The notes beneath the pieces are model-generated. The model saw only the letters and a list, made by a program, of their open reading frames with translations. It was not told where the DNA came from and searched no databases. From positions 93,806,001-93,870,000 of the forward strand of contig NC_043001.1 of assembly GCF_006345805.1 (NCBI RefSeq): 64,000 bases of DNA. The letters are read 5' to 3'. Shown one piece after another: positions 38,750 to 52,824 of this stretch. The translations under genes and the position numbers were made by a program. The stretch comes from Octopus sinensis (taxonomy: Eukaryota). How positions within the stretch are numbered: the first letter of the stretch is position 1; each line of letters opens with the position of its first letter.

Positions 38750-39870
38750 ACAAGAGACACATGATTTAGCAGTTTCGAAAAGTTGTGTTCAACGGTGTCT
38801 AATCTCACCTGATTTAGTTGTTAGAATATAAATACCCTTCGTAATCAAATAAGCCATTGGTAATCTTTTAGTCCCTTAAGTTTGCCTGATGAAAATTAAG
38901 AATCAAAGTAAGCTGGGAGATCATGAGGACAACATTCCAACCAGGTGGTCTGAATCTGCTTCGTTGATGACTACAAGCGAGATTTTGTATTCTGTAATCA
39001 ACAAGAATTTATCTCTGCTCCTCAAAACTATAAGCAATAGAACAGAACTTTCAAATCAATTTTATTAAAACAACATCTACGCAGGCTGTATGTTATCTTC
39101 GTGTTTCAGTTACTCGTTGGAAAATATCTATCGAAATGCTTCTCATAGTTCCATGTTGGTTATGTGAATCTTAAGATCATTTAGCACAGTTCACATTGAG
39201 CTAAGATTCACATTGAGCTACAATTGACGAATTTTTACTGATCCTCTTCTTTTTCCCTCCCTAAATTTCCACTCGGAAATTCGCTCCAACTATACGGTGC
39301 TACATAAAATAAAACTTTAGGTACTGAAGGGAAACTCTGTTCCATAGAATGACTATTTCGTTTATGATTAATCATAGTTTATTCCAAATCTTTTACATTG
39401 GATGATTCCATGTTGTTTGCAAGACCATCTCTGTGGCATAATTACAACCTGGCAAGCAAGATACAATATTCTTCGAAATTTATAGCAGCGTGAGATCGTT
39501 GCTTTTCAAATTTACTATATCAAATGTTGGCCAAAAATAGTCCTACACGTTCCAATCAATTCCCACACTGACATCCAAGACCTGTAGCGTATTAGCTTTG
39601 TCTTAAATGCTCTTTGATGTCCATACGCTATGTCCTTTCATAAGAACTGGTTGCAAAAGAAGCACCAGTACTTAACACTCAACTCGGATGCACAGTAACC
39701 GTGTATGGTTTGTTCATAAGGATAAGAAGGCCGTAAATGCAAGATTTTCAGAATATAACCCAAACCCTGCACCATATCCATTGCGCTTTTCTTTCGGTTT
39801 TTCTCTTGTAGAAAAATGTATCCATGGAACGTCATGAAGACAGCCATTGTCTTCAAATCGAGCCACTGTG
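38750..39870 (-). pseudogene. Highly decayed RTE-clade LINE (APE endonuclease and linker)
   Basis: TVARFEDNGCLHD...EKRNGYGAGFGL; TTWNHPM*KIW (cf. TTWMHPRSK.W); R*TQ(H)FSKLLN. Numerous stops and frameshifts. Confidence 0.6.
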
Positions 39871-39872
39871 AG

Positions 39873-39919
<47 letters not shown>

Positions 39920-40574
39920 GACATATACGCACGCGCAAACACCTCCGAACACACGCACGAACATACACACACGCACTCACAAACACATATACATGTATGT
40001 GTGTATATATGTGCGTGTGTGTATGTGTGAGAGAGAGTATTTTTATATGTTCTAAGGGAACTGAAACTGCGTATCTTCAAACATCAATTAATCTAGTCTC
40101 GGCAACACATTTACACATTCACTAAATGTGATTGTTCCTAATATGTCAAATGCATAACTATGCGGGGAAAAGTACTGAAATACGAAATAGAAACCATTTT
40201 ATGTGATTGTATGAAAACGATTATTTATGGCGGTTGAACATGCAATGCAGGTGACTGTCAAAACATGTGACTCTCACAGTGAATGTGCAATCGTTTAGAT
40301 TGAACTAATTTCGATTCCGATCACAGGAACAAATTGATGCTCGTGTTATTTGAGTACCATAAATCTTTTGATATGAAGCAAGTTAATACATAGGAATGCA
40401 TTGCATTATGTCGTGTTTGTGTATAATTATATACTTAGTATAGTGTGTCTGTGTGTGAGAGTACTTATGAATGTGTGTGTCTGTACGTGTGAGAATATAT
40501 ACATACATACACACAAACTATCACACACACAGGGAAGCACACACACACACACACACACACATACACATCTTTAA

Positions 40575-41700
40575 ATATCCTTACTCTCAAAAATTAAGGA
40601 GGAATTCCCTAATATCAACGGAGGTCTGTATAGAGACGATGCCTTATTTGCTATATCTGGCTCCTCCTCACAAGCAACTGGTAGGATAAAGAACAAATTA
40701 ATTAAATTTTTTTGAAGTCATACAACTTCGATATCATATCCGAAAATGTCACTAAATGTGTTAACATATTGGACGTAACATTAAATCTAGATAACGGCTT
40801 ATTCTATCCTTCACCTTGAGCCTAATAAAATTATTAAGTATATCCACGTCCTACGAAATCAACCCCAAAGTCTCATTAAGTGGATAATCAAAGGTATGAC
40901 GATAAGAATATCTGAGTTATCCGCAAATGAATAGATCTTCGATGATTGTGCACCTCACTATAATACAGCATTAAAAGACACTGGATTCAATACGAAAATA
41001 TATCATATTCAGAACAAAATATTTAAAAACATATTAGGCAAACGTTTTTCAAATATTGCGAATTTAAACATCAGCACACTTCCCATAAAAAATACTACCG
41101 AATATAGGAACCAAAAACATTTAAGTAAATACTCTAATTTATTTAATGATAATAACAACAACTATACGGGGTAGAATAGGAGCAGCTCGGGGAGGAGATG
41201 AAAAATTATATGGTTCACACCTCTCTTTTCCCTCCAGGTCAGAAAGCCCCTTAAAAATTTTTTTAGGATTATTGATAGAAACTTACCACTAGGTCATAGT
41301 ATCATTCCATATTTAATAGATCCTGCCTTAAATTATCGTACTCGATCACAAACAATCTAGGATCTATAATGGTGGCCAACATTAGACTTAAACTTAGAAA
41401 AAATAGTATTAATGGAGATGATAATATAGCTGACCTTCATACAAAGAATAATAATAAGAACCCTGATGCTAAAAATAGAAAGGGTAAACCTAGAAATATA
41501 ACATACACTTGTCGTAATAGAGAGCTATGCCCCTTGAAAGGAATCTGTTTAAGGAGAAATGTGGTATTTAAAGTTGAGGATTCAACCTTTAATTAACATG
41601 AAAAGATATACATAGGAAGTACGACTGATTTTTAAGATTAGATATAAGGCACACACAAATTCATTTATCAACCAAGAAACAAAAACTTTAACCACACTAA
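40575..41700 (+). pseudogene. Penelope-like element remnant: RT C-terminal half plus GIY-YIG endonuclease
   Basis: GGLYRDDAL (YRDD at 40629-40640); VNILDVTLNL; KYIHV..IRISELSANE; KIIWFTP; IFNRSCLKLSYS; CRNRELCPLKGIC..NVVF..IYIGSTT..FKIRYKAHTNSF. Confidence 0.85.
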
Positions 41701-42463
41701 CAGTGACACTGCGTGGCAGCTTAGTCGAGTGTACCCTACTAAAGACGTTGGCCGACCAAAATCTCCTGAGGAGTCTTGAAAGTCCGAAATTACCAGAAGG
41801 AATTACTGAAAGAATTTATGCATGTATGTGTGTTTTTGTGCTTGTATGTGTAAAACACTACGCATAACAAATGGTGCTGGATTGTTTAACTTCTCTTAAA
41901 CTAGCGTTTCTGAAATAAGAGGCCGATAAAATAATTACCAGGTTGACGAAACGAAATAAGAAAGAAAACATTTCTAGAGTCTGTTTGACTGTAGTTTAAT
42001 GACTGAGAAAAGTAAAAGATGTAAGATGTTTAGTTACATCTATGAATAGTGTGAGTTCCGATTCGGCTAGATTGGTCTTTTCCATGAATTTATTCACTCC
42101 AGATCTAATAAGCATGAGTAATATAATGCATCATTTTTCTAAGCTTTTGCAGAGCTTCTGAGAAATGTCAATTCCATATTGAATCGAGAGTAATAGTAGT
42201 ATTAGCAGTAGTAGTAGTAGTATGAGTTGATGATTTTGAGGAGGAGAAGAAAAGGGAGGTGAGATATTACAGTTGCAGCGTCCGTACACTTATTATTTAG
42301 AATATCTATGACCAAAGACACTTAATCCGTGGCTATGTTGTCTAGCTTGATTATCAAGAAGTCTACAATGACTAATGTGTCCTTCCTCAGTTCGAAACCG
42401 AATGTTCAATATTTACGTATGGCTTTGTTATTTCTTGTATATCAAACGGTCACCTTCAGAAAA

Positions 42464-42467
42464 TATT

Positions 42468-42499
<32 letters not shown>

Positions 42500-42640
42500 G
42501 GTGGTGGTGGTGGTTCTTGTTTTAGCAGCAGCAGCATTATTTGTAGAATTAGTCGCGGCAGCCGAAGCAGTACCAGTAGCAGTATTGTTATTAACAGTGG
42601 CATTGTTATAAGTAGTGTTTGTAGCTGAGTTTGTTTGCAT
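42464..42640. repeat. Compound trinucleotide array (GTA)n(GGT)n(GCA)n
   Basis: Direct reading. Confidence 0.85.
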
Positions 42641-43301
42641 TGTTCTTGTTGATGTTGCGTGCATTGTTGTGTTAGAAACACTATCATTTAGACACCGAGG
42701 ACATTACTAACAACCAAATAAACATTAGTAAGATTAACTTTCAGAGACAAACACAGCGAGTGCAAATTGCACGAGTAACTAGGTTTGTGCTTTGTAATAG
42801 TAATTAATAATTGCCGAAGTCATAGCCGTGATGCATAGTCAAACACACTTTTGAACTAATAGGACTAGTAATGGTACTAAAGAATATAACGATGTTTAAA
42901 TTCAGAGGTGTCTTTACATAAGTGAGACATCATGAAAGACATTTGTGTCATGACTGAGGCAAATTCCATTATTGCGTATCAGGTGCTACATTATCAGTAC
43001 CTTTTCAGCAATTTAGAATATAATTTGGGGTGACGCTGGTTGTTAATTTGCGTTAAGCCTTCAATGGCTCTTATTGAATGTCTGTTCGAAGCATTTTCAT
43101 AGTTATTTCTTTGGGTAACTGTTGGGAGTATAGGATTTCAGTATATAGAATACGTCGTTGATATTTATTACATCGACCCTACAAAGATGAAAAGCCAAAT
43201 CGATGGCATTTCATCTTTGATCATATTATCTTCACTATTTCCCTAAGTTATAGTACATACAAAGACGCATATAAGCATCTATCAATCCACCCATCCATAC
43301 A

Positions 43302-43333
<32 letters not shown>

Positions 43334-43346
43334 ATCGTGCATTATC

Positions 43347-43383
<37 letters not shown>

Positions 43384-43585
43384 ATTTGTCTATATGTCTG
43401 TCTGTCTTTTTTCTGTCTGCATACAATAACGTAGTATATATGTGTGTTTGTGTGTGTGTGTGTATGTATATATGCATATACATATGTATATATATATATA
43501 TATACATATGTTTATATATACATTATATATATGTGTGTGTGTGTGTTGGTGCATACATTATATATATATATATATATATATATAT

Positions 43586-44567
43586 GCTTTCGGATTCGGT
43601 CCCACTGTGTGGAAACTTGGGCTATTTATTCTATTATAGCTCCAGGCCGACAAATTACTTGCAGGTGGATCAGTTTGTCGGAGACATACATACATACATA
43701 CATATAAAGGAGATGGGGGGAGGGGGTAAAGATTGACATATGGATACATAATGATGCGGGTATTTCTGTATGTTTGAATATTTGTATTACGTCATATTGT
43801 TATATTTATGAAATTAAAATCGTGGCTACTATAACAAAATGACTTGCCAAAGCATCAGAAAGAATGTTTCTATCTTTCGGACTCTACTAATGAATTTGAA
43901 TTACAGATCTGCAATTAACAATAGTATAGTTAATAACGATAGAATGTTTAATAATGTATTATTACTGAAGAAGCTGCTGTTGTGGTCGTTGTCTTTTCTT
44001 CGGCATGTATAAAACTCTGTAGACACACAGTTAATGCCAGGTTTTATGACGACAGAAGCCAATACTTCATGGACTGTAACATCAATGGCATCAATATAAC
44101 TAGTAGCAAGCAGAAACAGAAATTGTCTTTGACTACAGCAGCGAAGATGTGAAAATGTGTGTTCATAAGTGTGAGGTGTTTCATTAGCTTTGTGCATTTG
44201 AAAGAGAGATCGAGAGAGTGTGTGTATGTGTGAGAGAGAAAGAGAGTGTGTGTGTGTGATAAAGATGGGAATAGACGGAGATGAGCAGAAATACATAGGG
44301 ATATGTGATATATCATATGATATATGCGTGTTGTACAAAAGTGTCATACAAGCACATAAGTATACAGTAATGAAATTACACATCTGCTGTTGGTGATTTC
44401 TTTTTCCTCTTTGGACATTTCCCTTTTTCCGTTCCGATGAAGAGTTATGCTCGAAACATCAAAAGCTCTCTCAGTTTACTGAGCATCAAAGCTAATACAT
44501 TCATTGTGCACGTCACCTTGTTCTTCGTTGTTGTTGATTTTATCGTTCCTTTATTTGGTTTGATTTA

Positions 44568-44600
<33 letters not shown>

Positions 44601-45582
44601 ATATGCTTTCGGATTCGGTCCCACTGTGTGGAAACTTGGGCTATTTATTCTATTATAGCTCCGGGCCGACAAATTACTTGCAGGTGGATCAGTTTGTCGG
44701 AGACATACATACATACATACATATAAAGGAGATGGGGGGAGGGGGTAAAGATTGACATATGGATACATAATGATGCGGGTATTTCTGTATGTTTGAATGT
44801 TTGTATTACGTCATATTGTTATATTTATGAAATTAAAATCGTGGCTACTATAACAAAATGACTTGCCACTGCATCAGAAAGAATGTTTCTATCTTTCGGA
44901 CTCTACTAATGAATTTGAATTACAGATCTGCAATTAACAATAGTATAGTTAATAACGATAGAATGTTTAATAATGTATTATTACTGAAGAAGCTGCTGTT
45001 GTGGTCGTTGTCTTTTCTTCGGCATGTATAAAACTCTGTAGACACACAGTTAATGCCAGGTTTTATGACGACAGAAGCCAATACTTCATGGACTGTAACA
45101 TCAATGGCATCAATATAACTAGTAGCAAGCAGAAACAGAAATTGTCTTTGACTACAGCAGCGAAGATGTGAAAATGTGTGTTCATAAGTGTGAGGTGTTT
45201 CATTAGCTTTGTGCATTGGAAAGAGAGATCGAGAGAGTGTGTGTATGTGTGAGAGAGAAAGAGAGTGTGTGTGTGAGATAAAGATGGGAATAGACGGAGA
45301 TGAGCAGAAATACATAGGGATATGTGATATATCATATGATATATGCGTGTTGTACAAAAGTGTCATACAAGCACATAAGTATACAGTAATGAAATTACAC
45401 ATCTGCTGTTGGTGATTTCTTTTTCCTCTTTGGACATTTCCCTTTTTCCGTTCCGATGAAGAGTTATGCTCGAAACATCAAAAGCTCTCTCGGTTTACTG
45501 AGCATCAAAGCTAATACATTCATTGTGCACGTCACCTTGTTCTTCGTTGTTGTTGATTTTATCGTTCCTTTATTTGGTTTGA

Positions 45583-45638
<56 letters not shown>
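43586..45638 (+). repeat. Tandem duplication, 1019-bp period, 2 copies
   Basis: GCTTTCGGATTCGGTCCCAC at 43586 and 44605. About 7 substitutions in ~980 bp. Breakpoints lie in (TA)n. Confidence 0.95.
44380..44570 (+). mobile_element. Short (TA)n-anchored element with hammerhead-like core (duplicated at ~45400-45590)
   Basis: TT|CCGATGA|A|GAGT-TAT-GCTC|GAAA|CA|T|C|AAAAG (core 44434-44460), then CTGAGCAT, GCTAATAC, a T-rich tail and (TA)n. Confidence 0.55.
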
Positions 45639-45645
<7 letters not shown>

Positions 45646-45652
45646 TCAATTA

Positions 45653-45959
45653 GAGAAAAACCACTATTATATAATTCAAACAATGATAGACACAACCCAA
45701 ATCATAAAGAACAAATAAAATGTATTATAAAACATATAACTAGATCGCAAAAAGTGCAAAAAATGAATAAACAATATATAATAAGTAAAAAGACTGTGAT
45801 CTAGTTATATTTTTTATAATATATTTTAGTTTTTCTTTACGATTTTGGTTTATGTCTATCATTGTTTGAATTACATAATATTAGTTTTTCTCAACTTCAT
45901 ATATATTATATATTTATATTGTGAAATTTGATTAAATACTAAATTGAATTTTTCCCTGT

Positions 45960-45966
<7 letters not shown>
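45653..45966. repeat. Imperfect palindrome (97-bp arms, 45-nt spacer) plus tail, related to 164-585
   Basis: Arms 45653-45749 and 45795-45892, about 85% identical by eye. Starts TTAGAGAAAAACCACTA (cf. TTAGAGACAAAACCACTA at ~176). Tail ...TTTTTCCCTGT, then (TA)n. Confidence 0.75.
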
Positions 45967-46014
<48 letters not shown>

Positions 46015-47245
46015 CGCATAGGTTGTAGATGAGTGCTTATGTATCCTTACATACATGCATAAATATAAACACACGATTACACACATACTCATACACAATC
46101 TCGCGCGCATGCATACACTCACACACATTACACATATGTCTTGAAAGTATGTCTTGGAATCTATCTAATATTTTAATACATTTAGCTCAACTTGTGTTAG
46201 AGAATACACTTGTTATAGATTATTAACACCATAGCATTTCCATTTTAGTAAACTCCTCTGCCTTTGTATACATGCGTGATTATCAGATTTAGCACTCGTT
46301 TAAGTGAACAAATACTTGATGCATATTTACCAAGTAGATCATAACTCTGTACAATGAGATGTGGCACAGTTCTCTCTCTAATTTTCTCTCTATCAATAAA
46401 ATTCTTTCTCACAGAGCGTTTTTTCTCAATGTGTGTGTGTGTATATTCTTGGCTATTTTTCTCTTAACGCTAATAATATAGATTTATATTTTCGTAAATT
46501 TAAATACAATATCACCTTCATTTGGTTGTGCTACAGTTGAAAATATATTTTACACGCTGTATATTCAATGACACTTAGTACGAATCTGTAGATTGAATGC
46601 TATATTTATGCTGAAAATAGTCATAACTATTATGGCACACTGTTGAAATTGAGAATTATGCAATCATAATATGATCTCAATAACTGTAAAAGCTTCTCAT
46701 CGCTAACCAGCGACAGATCTACGAGCCAACAAAAATCTACAAAAATATACTCTTAGCCTTTTTTATAATATATTTAATACTTAATGGAATTATAGGTTTT
46801 CTATGTAGCATCTCATTCAAGTACGACGATATTTAGCAGTTAACTACCGAGTTATCTCTCTCCCCAGCTTCCTTTCTCTGTCTGTCACTCTGTCACTCTG
46901 TCTATCGATTTATCAATTAAGTTCTTTGGTTGCTCTCTCAACAAAAATGTCTTAATATTATTTTGAATTATTTTCCCTCTCTCCTATATTTCATTCTTAA
47001 GCTCATGTGCAGAACTTAAATCACTCTCGCCTTTAATGGAAAGCATGTTACATAATTTGGTTAGCTTGCGATAATTCCAAATAGAATGCGAAATTAAGAA
47101 ATCTTAAGGAAATAATTTCCTTGGACACTTCTTTAACATTTTGATCAAACTGAAATGCCACTGCTTATTAACTGGGTCATTCTCTACCGGATTTGTTCAG
47201 TGGTTGCCATTTGCTATATCCATTAAAATAGTATTTTATGTAACA

Positions 47246-47664
47246 TTCTTTTATTCTTTTATTGGTTTTAGTCATTTGACTGTGGCCATGCTGGAGCACC
47301 ACTTTTAGTCGAAAGAATTGACCCCAGCACATATTCTTAGTAACCCTACTACTTATTCTATCGCTCTCTTTTGCCGAACCACTATAATACGGGGACGTAA
47401 ACACATCATCGTTCGTCAAGCGACAGTGGGTGGGGGGGGCAAACATGAGCACACAAACACACCCACCCACACACACGCACGTACACGCACATATATATAT
47501 ATATATAAATGGTCTCTTTCAGTTTGCGTCTACCAAATTCATTCACAAGATTTTGGTCGGCCCAAGGCTATAATAGAAGACATTTGCTCAAGGTGCCACA
47601 CAGTGGGACTGAACCCAGAAACATGAGGTTGAGAAACAAGCTTCTTACCACACAGCCACGCCTG
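47246..47664 (-). mobile_element. tRNA-headed SINE, family A
   Basis: Reverse complement of GGCGTGGCTGTGTGGTAAGAAG...GGGTTCAGTCCC...GCTCCAGCATGGCCACAGTCAAATGACT. Confidence 0.8.
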
Positions 47665-48622
47665 TAGGAACTCCTTATATTTCGCATATTTTATTATCCA
47701 TTTGCAGGGGTGGAGTCATTTCTTAGTTCGGTAAAATGGAAATGTATTCATACTGTTACTGTTAGTATTTTTGTTTAAGTTGTGTTCGAAATTTTTTTCA
47801 GATAATAATGTGTATTGATGTCCATAAACTGCGTGTTTTCGTAGTGCTAACGCTCACAGATGCTACTCACCAAATATTAAACAACAGCGATCTGTTCTGC
47901 ATTATCGATGATACCCGATACATGTATACGAAATACCGAATGTTGCTCACGAAATCACATTCAGAAGCCTGGGGGTAAATTCGATGCTATGCATTTTTAC
48001 ACTTTCTTTACTAAAATACTTCTTCGTAAAGATCTAACTTTGATTAAGATTCTTTTTGTTTCTGCAAGTCATCTTTGTTACAAAAAAAGAAAGATTCTAT
48101 TGGAATGTATTATAAAGCACAATCTAGCAAAATTATTGCACCCTGCATTTAGTATATTTTGCATGAGATTAGAGTAATGAGGCATCGGTCTTTTTACTCT
48201 TTTACGATAAGAACGGCCACAAATGAAGTGGTTAGATGCACCAAAGATTCCATAACGTTAACTAAAGCAATAGATTTAGGAATTAAAACCGATACTAATC
48301 TTAGTATATTTAAATTTAGCTAAAAATAAATATTGCAGTGAAGGAAAACTTAATTGCAAATTATTTTATGCAAATACGAAATCCGACTATCGACTCAATA
48401 TTCGAAGAACTTTTATCCTTAGTGTTAGTAAGCGTATCTCTTCATTATCTTTAGACTAAACTGTGCTTCTTGTTACTACAATTTGACGGTAATTAGAGTA
48501 TCAAGAATAAAATACACCTAGATAATGAAACTCACAAAAATCTTTCCAACAATATAAATTGGTTCTTATATGATTAGCTTTGGTTTCTGGTTTAAATTTT
48601 GCTCATACCCAAAACTTAAATA

Positions 48623-48700
<78 letters not shown>

Positions 48701-48704
<4 letters not shown>

Positions 48705-48895
48705 TCCAAACATGAACAAAGAGAAAACACAACAACGTGAGGACGTGGAACGAATATAGTGTTCTTGGACGCTCAGGAAATGAAAGAAAGAAGGAGGATT
48801 TAACGTTTTGAATGTAGATCTTCGTCAGAAACATAGAAAAAGGAAAAGTCAAAGGAAGGGAACACGGAGAAAAATAAATCATATATGTTATATGT
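48701..48895 (-). mobile_element. Short (TA)n-anchored element with decayed hammerhead-like core (48799-48833)
   Basis: Minus strand GTTT|CTGACGA|A|GATCTACATTC|AAAA|CG|T|T|AAAA, then CTGAGCGT and a T-rich tail into (TA)n. G12>A and stem II is eroded. Confidence 0.55.
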
Positions 48896-50370
48896 GGAAT
48901 GTAGATCACAATATTTATAAAATCTGTTACCTCCATCTGTGCATTCCACTAAATATAATGAGGCACTTCGCAAATGTGGCTTTAGAGATAAAACGCCATT
49001 CACCTTCCGTTCTTGTGTTTCTAAGCGTAAAAATAAACAAAGAAATATTATTTGATGTAAAACAGATTCCTACGAAAATTTATTGGCAATGAATTTCTGA
49101 ATTTTGATACATTTCATTCACCAATGAATTACTGATATCAAAAGATATCAAACCGGACCTCAATTGACAATTTGAATTCCTATAATATTTATTAACACAA
49201 AATACTGCAATTTATTATCTCCTAATTGCGCTATTGTAGACAAGTATTTCTCAGAGGTAATCGTCTTTTAGAAGTTTTAATTTATCATCATGAAGGTCAC
49301 GGATTCGTTAATTATATGCTTAAGACTTTTTATCAACATATTTGTGACTCTAATAAAAGGTGCACAAAGAACCTTTCTAAAGAAAATTTAGGTTAAAATA
49401 AATATCTGGTGGGATATAAAATAGAAAGCTGGCGCATATTTTCACATATAGGCATTAGAAATTGTTCAGCAAATTGTGAATAAGGGAAGTACAATCCTTC
49501 TCTCTTAAAATATTCATGTTTTAAAAGAAAAACATATGACAGCTGACTGTTCTAAGCTTTAAAAGTGTGTATTATTTTCTGCATATATTTCATGAATATT
49601 AAAAAAATTTAAGATTATGTTGAAGTTATCCACTGTTTCCAATGTTGTATATTTGTTTTTAATACATCTAAAAATTTCATTTCAAAATTTATATATATTT
49701 GCTCATAAACGCTTATAATTTAATATTATTGCACATATATTTATAGATTTTCATATCTTTTACGTATTATTCATATAGAACTTTATTTTACATTGATTTG
49801 CGTAAACTCGGGGATTCTAACTTTACTAAATCCCTCCCTAGTTTTTCAAAGAAATAAAATAAGTGAAACGGTTATAATGTGTCTTAAGAGGATCATATTT
49901 TCTCGCATATCCAGGTACTTGCTCTCTGGATGACAAGCAACTCTTCACTCTGTCCATGACTCAAATATTAAATATTCTATTCTTCATAATGTCTCGTAGA
50001 AGAACTTACAGAGGCCTGTATAAAAGTTTGCGTCTGTATTTTCAATAAATTGTATAATTCAATGTATTTGTATCCCGTTGCAACATAAAACAAACTCTGA
50101 ATGTTTTGAGTATTCCAAATCATATTTGATGAACAGTTGTTAGAAAGAACTTGTTGACTTATTTTAAATTGTTACTCCAAGAACACGTCAAATATTTCTC
50201 ATGCAGTACCGCGACAGACAGTGAAAAACAAAAATATGCATTTAGCAACACAAGGTACGAAGGCAAACAGCTGTTATAATTTGCTAATGATATTATGCAA
50301 GGTTACCTCAAGGTAAATAAACTGAAAATAAATTCCTGTAGTGCATTCATAGTTTATACATTTCTCAAAT

Positions 50371-50460
<90 letters not shown>

Positions 50461-50463
<3 letters not shown>

Positions 50464-50655
50464 CCACATGTAAATCGTTGGTGATTTTCTTCCACCGTCT
50501 TTCTTTTCTATTCGACTTTCCTCTGTTTCTGAAGAAGAGCTCTGCTCGAAATGTTAAACCATATTTCTTTCCTTCCCTGAGCGTCTGCTAATACTTTACA
50601 TGTACCACGTGATCGTGTTGTTTTTTGTGTTTGTGCTTCGATTCTTATTTACTGT
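50461..50655 (+). mobile_element. Short (TA)n-anchored element carrying the best-preserved hammerhead-like core
   Basis: Pyrimidine-rich 5' part, core at 50525-50559, CTGAGCGT at 50577, GCTAATAC, T-rich tail, then TA-rich microsatellite. Confidence 0.65.
50525..50559 (+). ncRNA. Ultra-minimal type-I hammerhead-like motif
   Basis: GTTT|CTGAAGA|A|GAGC-TCT-GCTC|GAAA|TG|T|T|AAAC. CUGANGA and GAAA are intact, with a 4-bp stem I and a 4-bp stem II. Stem III has no loop. Confidence 0.65.
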
Positions 50656-50929
50656 TTATATATACGTATATATATATACGTATATATATAAACATACATA
50701 AATACATACACATATATATATATACATACATAAATACATACACACACACACACACATATATATATACATACATATATATACGTATATATATAAACATACA
50801 TAAATACATACACATATATATATATACATACATAAATACATACACACACACACATATATATATATACATACATAAATACATACACACACACACACATATA
50901 CATATATATATATATATACATAAATACAT

Positions 50930-50964
<35 letters not shown>

Positions 50965-50990
50965 CACACATACATGCATATATAAGTGTT
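50655..50990. repeat. Compound TA/CA/TACA microsatellite with ~100-bp higher-order repeat
   Basis: TATACGTATATATATAAACATACATAAATACATACAC recurs at ~50675 and ~50777, followed by shorter sub-units. Confidence 0.75.
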
Positions 50991-52688
50991 TGACATTGAG
51001 GCACTCGTATGGACAATGTACAAACTTACTACGCCAATTGGATTTGAAAGGATGATAAACGCAGCAATTATAAAATCAATGGTCTCATTGTAAAACATGC
51101 ATCACTTTACAGTAATGGCCCGGAAGTTGGAAGACTTGTCACCCGATGGCATTTTGTTACGACATTTTACATAGCAATTTTCAGGAATTCTAGTCATAGG
51201 TAAACACCCTGTCAAAAGTCATTGAAAAATTTCCAGGTATAGACTAGCTGTAATGGTTTATTTCAAAATGATGGATTTATATTCCTTAAAACGTGGTAAG
51301 AAAATCACTAAATTTACTTATTCATAAACAATAGAAGTTCATTAAGAAGATATATCTCACGTATTTGACTCGTTTTAGATATACGAAAATATGCGTACTT
51401 TGCACGTAAAGAGAGGAATTTATCATGTTTTACATGTCTCAATTGAAAAGATGAATATGTGACGCAGTTGCTAAAGGATTTTTGGTAATACAACAAACGT
51501 CGACGGAAAATCTCGTCAACGAGTTTCCAAATATTTTTGAGAATATATTTTCACTGTACTTGATAATCGAGAACATAATACGCGGATTTAGTACTCGAAT
51601 ATTCTTATCTATGTATGTAAGTATATTTATATATATATATATATACATATATATACATACACACACACACATATATATACCCACATATATATCATATCAT
51701 TATTTATACACACACACACACACATATATATATATATGTATGTACCTATATATATTATATTACATAATATTATATTATATTATATATATACATATCTATT
51801 ATATATCCACTGGAATATATAATATGAGCGTAGGTGTTTGCACGAAAATGCAGACACATCGTATACAGATATTGAAATATATGCACACATAATGTATAGA
51901 TGAGAGAATTATTCCAATGGTGATATTTTCCGAGATATGGAGATTCATTTCGTTTTACAGTTCAAAGAATTGCTTTATATCAATAATGCATTTTTCTAAA
52001 TTTTCAATAACTGAGTTTTAAGAGAAGCCTTACTCCGAATTTAGGATTTCTGCTGATAACGTCGATAGTGTTCATATGAACATATTTCTCCGTCAGATAT
52101 AGTAAATGCTCCTATAAGGAAATAATTATAAGCTTTCTCAATATGGAAACTATATATTGTGAGACTTCTCACAGTTTTTTTTTTCATACATCAAGTTGTT
52201 TTTATGCCATTTATGGTTGTTTTTAATTTATTGATTTTGTTGGTTTATTCTATGGTGGTAAATGGAATGTCTATTTTTTTCCTTTCCTCTTCTTTCAGAA
52301 TACTTGGAAGCAATGGAGGTAACAAGCTTATTTCTTATATTAACAGCCATCATGCCTAACATGGACAGGTATATTAAAATGTATCATGACAAATATATAA
52401 ATTTTAAACCGATGAGTAATAAATGTTACTCACAAATAGAAATCCATATCTAGAACAATCTCCTTTTAAAACTTCAGAATTAAAATTTCCTTAATTCTTA
52501 AACTAATACATAATATCTTTATATCTACTGGGATTTATAGATATACATAAAAACCATCGTAGTTAAAGTATCGCAAGGATCGTAGATATATATTCACCAA
52601 ATGCCACATATTAGAGGAGGCTTTCATTAATAACAGTGTAGCAAAAGGCACTGCCTCAGCATGACCTCTGCTCTGAGCTGAAAATACA

Positions 52689-52824
<136 letters not shown>

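Noticed and set aside
42329-42687. ORFs with poly-S/G, poly-V, poly-T and poly-P
   Set aside because: Products of compound trinucleotide repeats, open on both strands.
43901-45402. 160-aa minus-strand ORF present twice
   Set aside because: The second copy comes from the 1019-bp duplication. The sequence includes HT/LS microsatellite read-through and no known domain.
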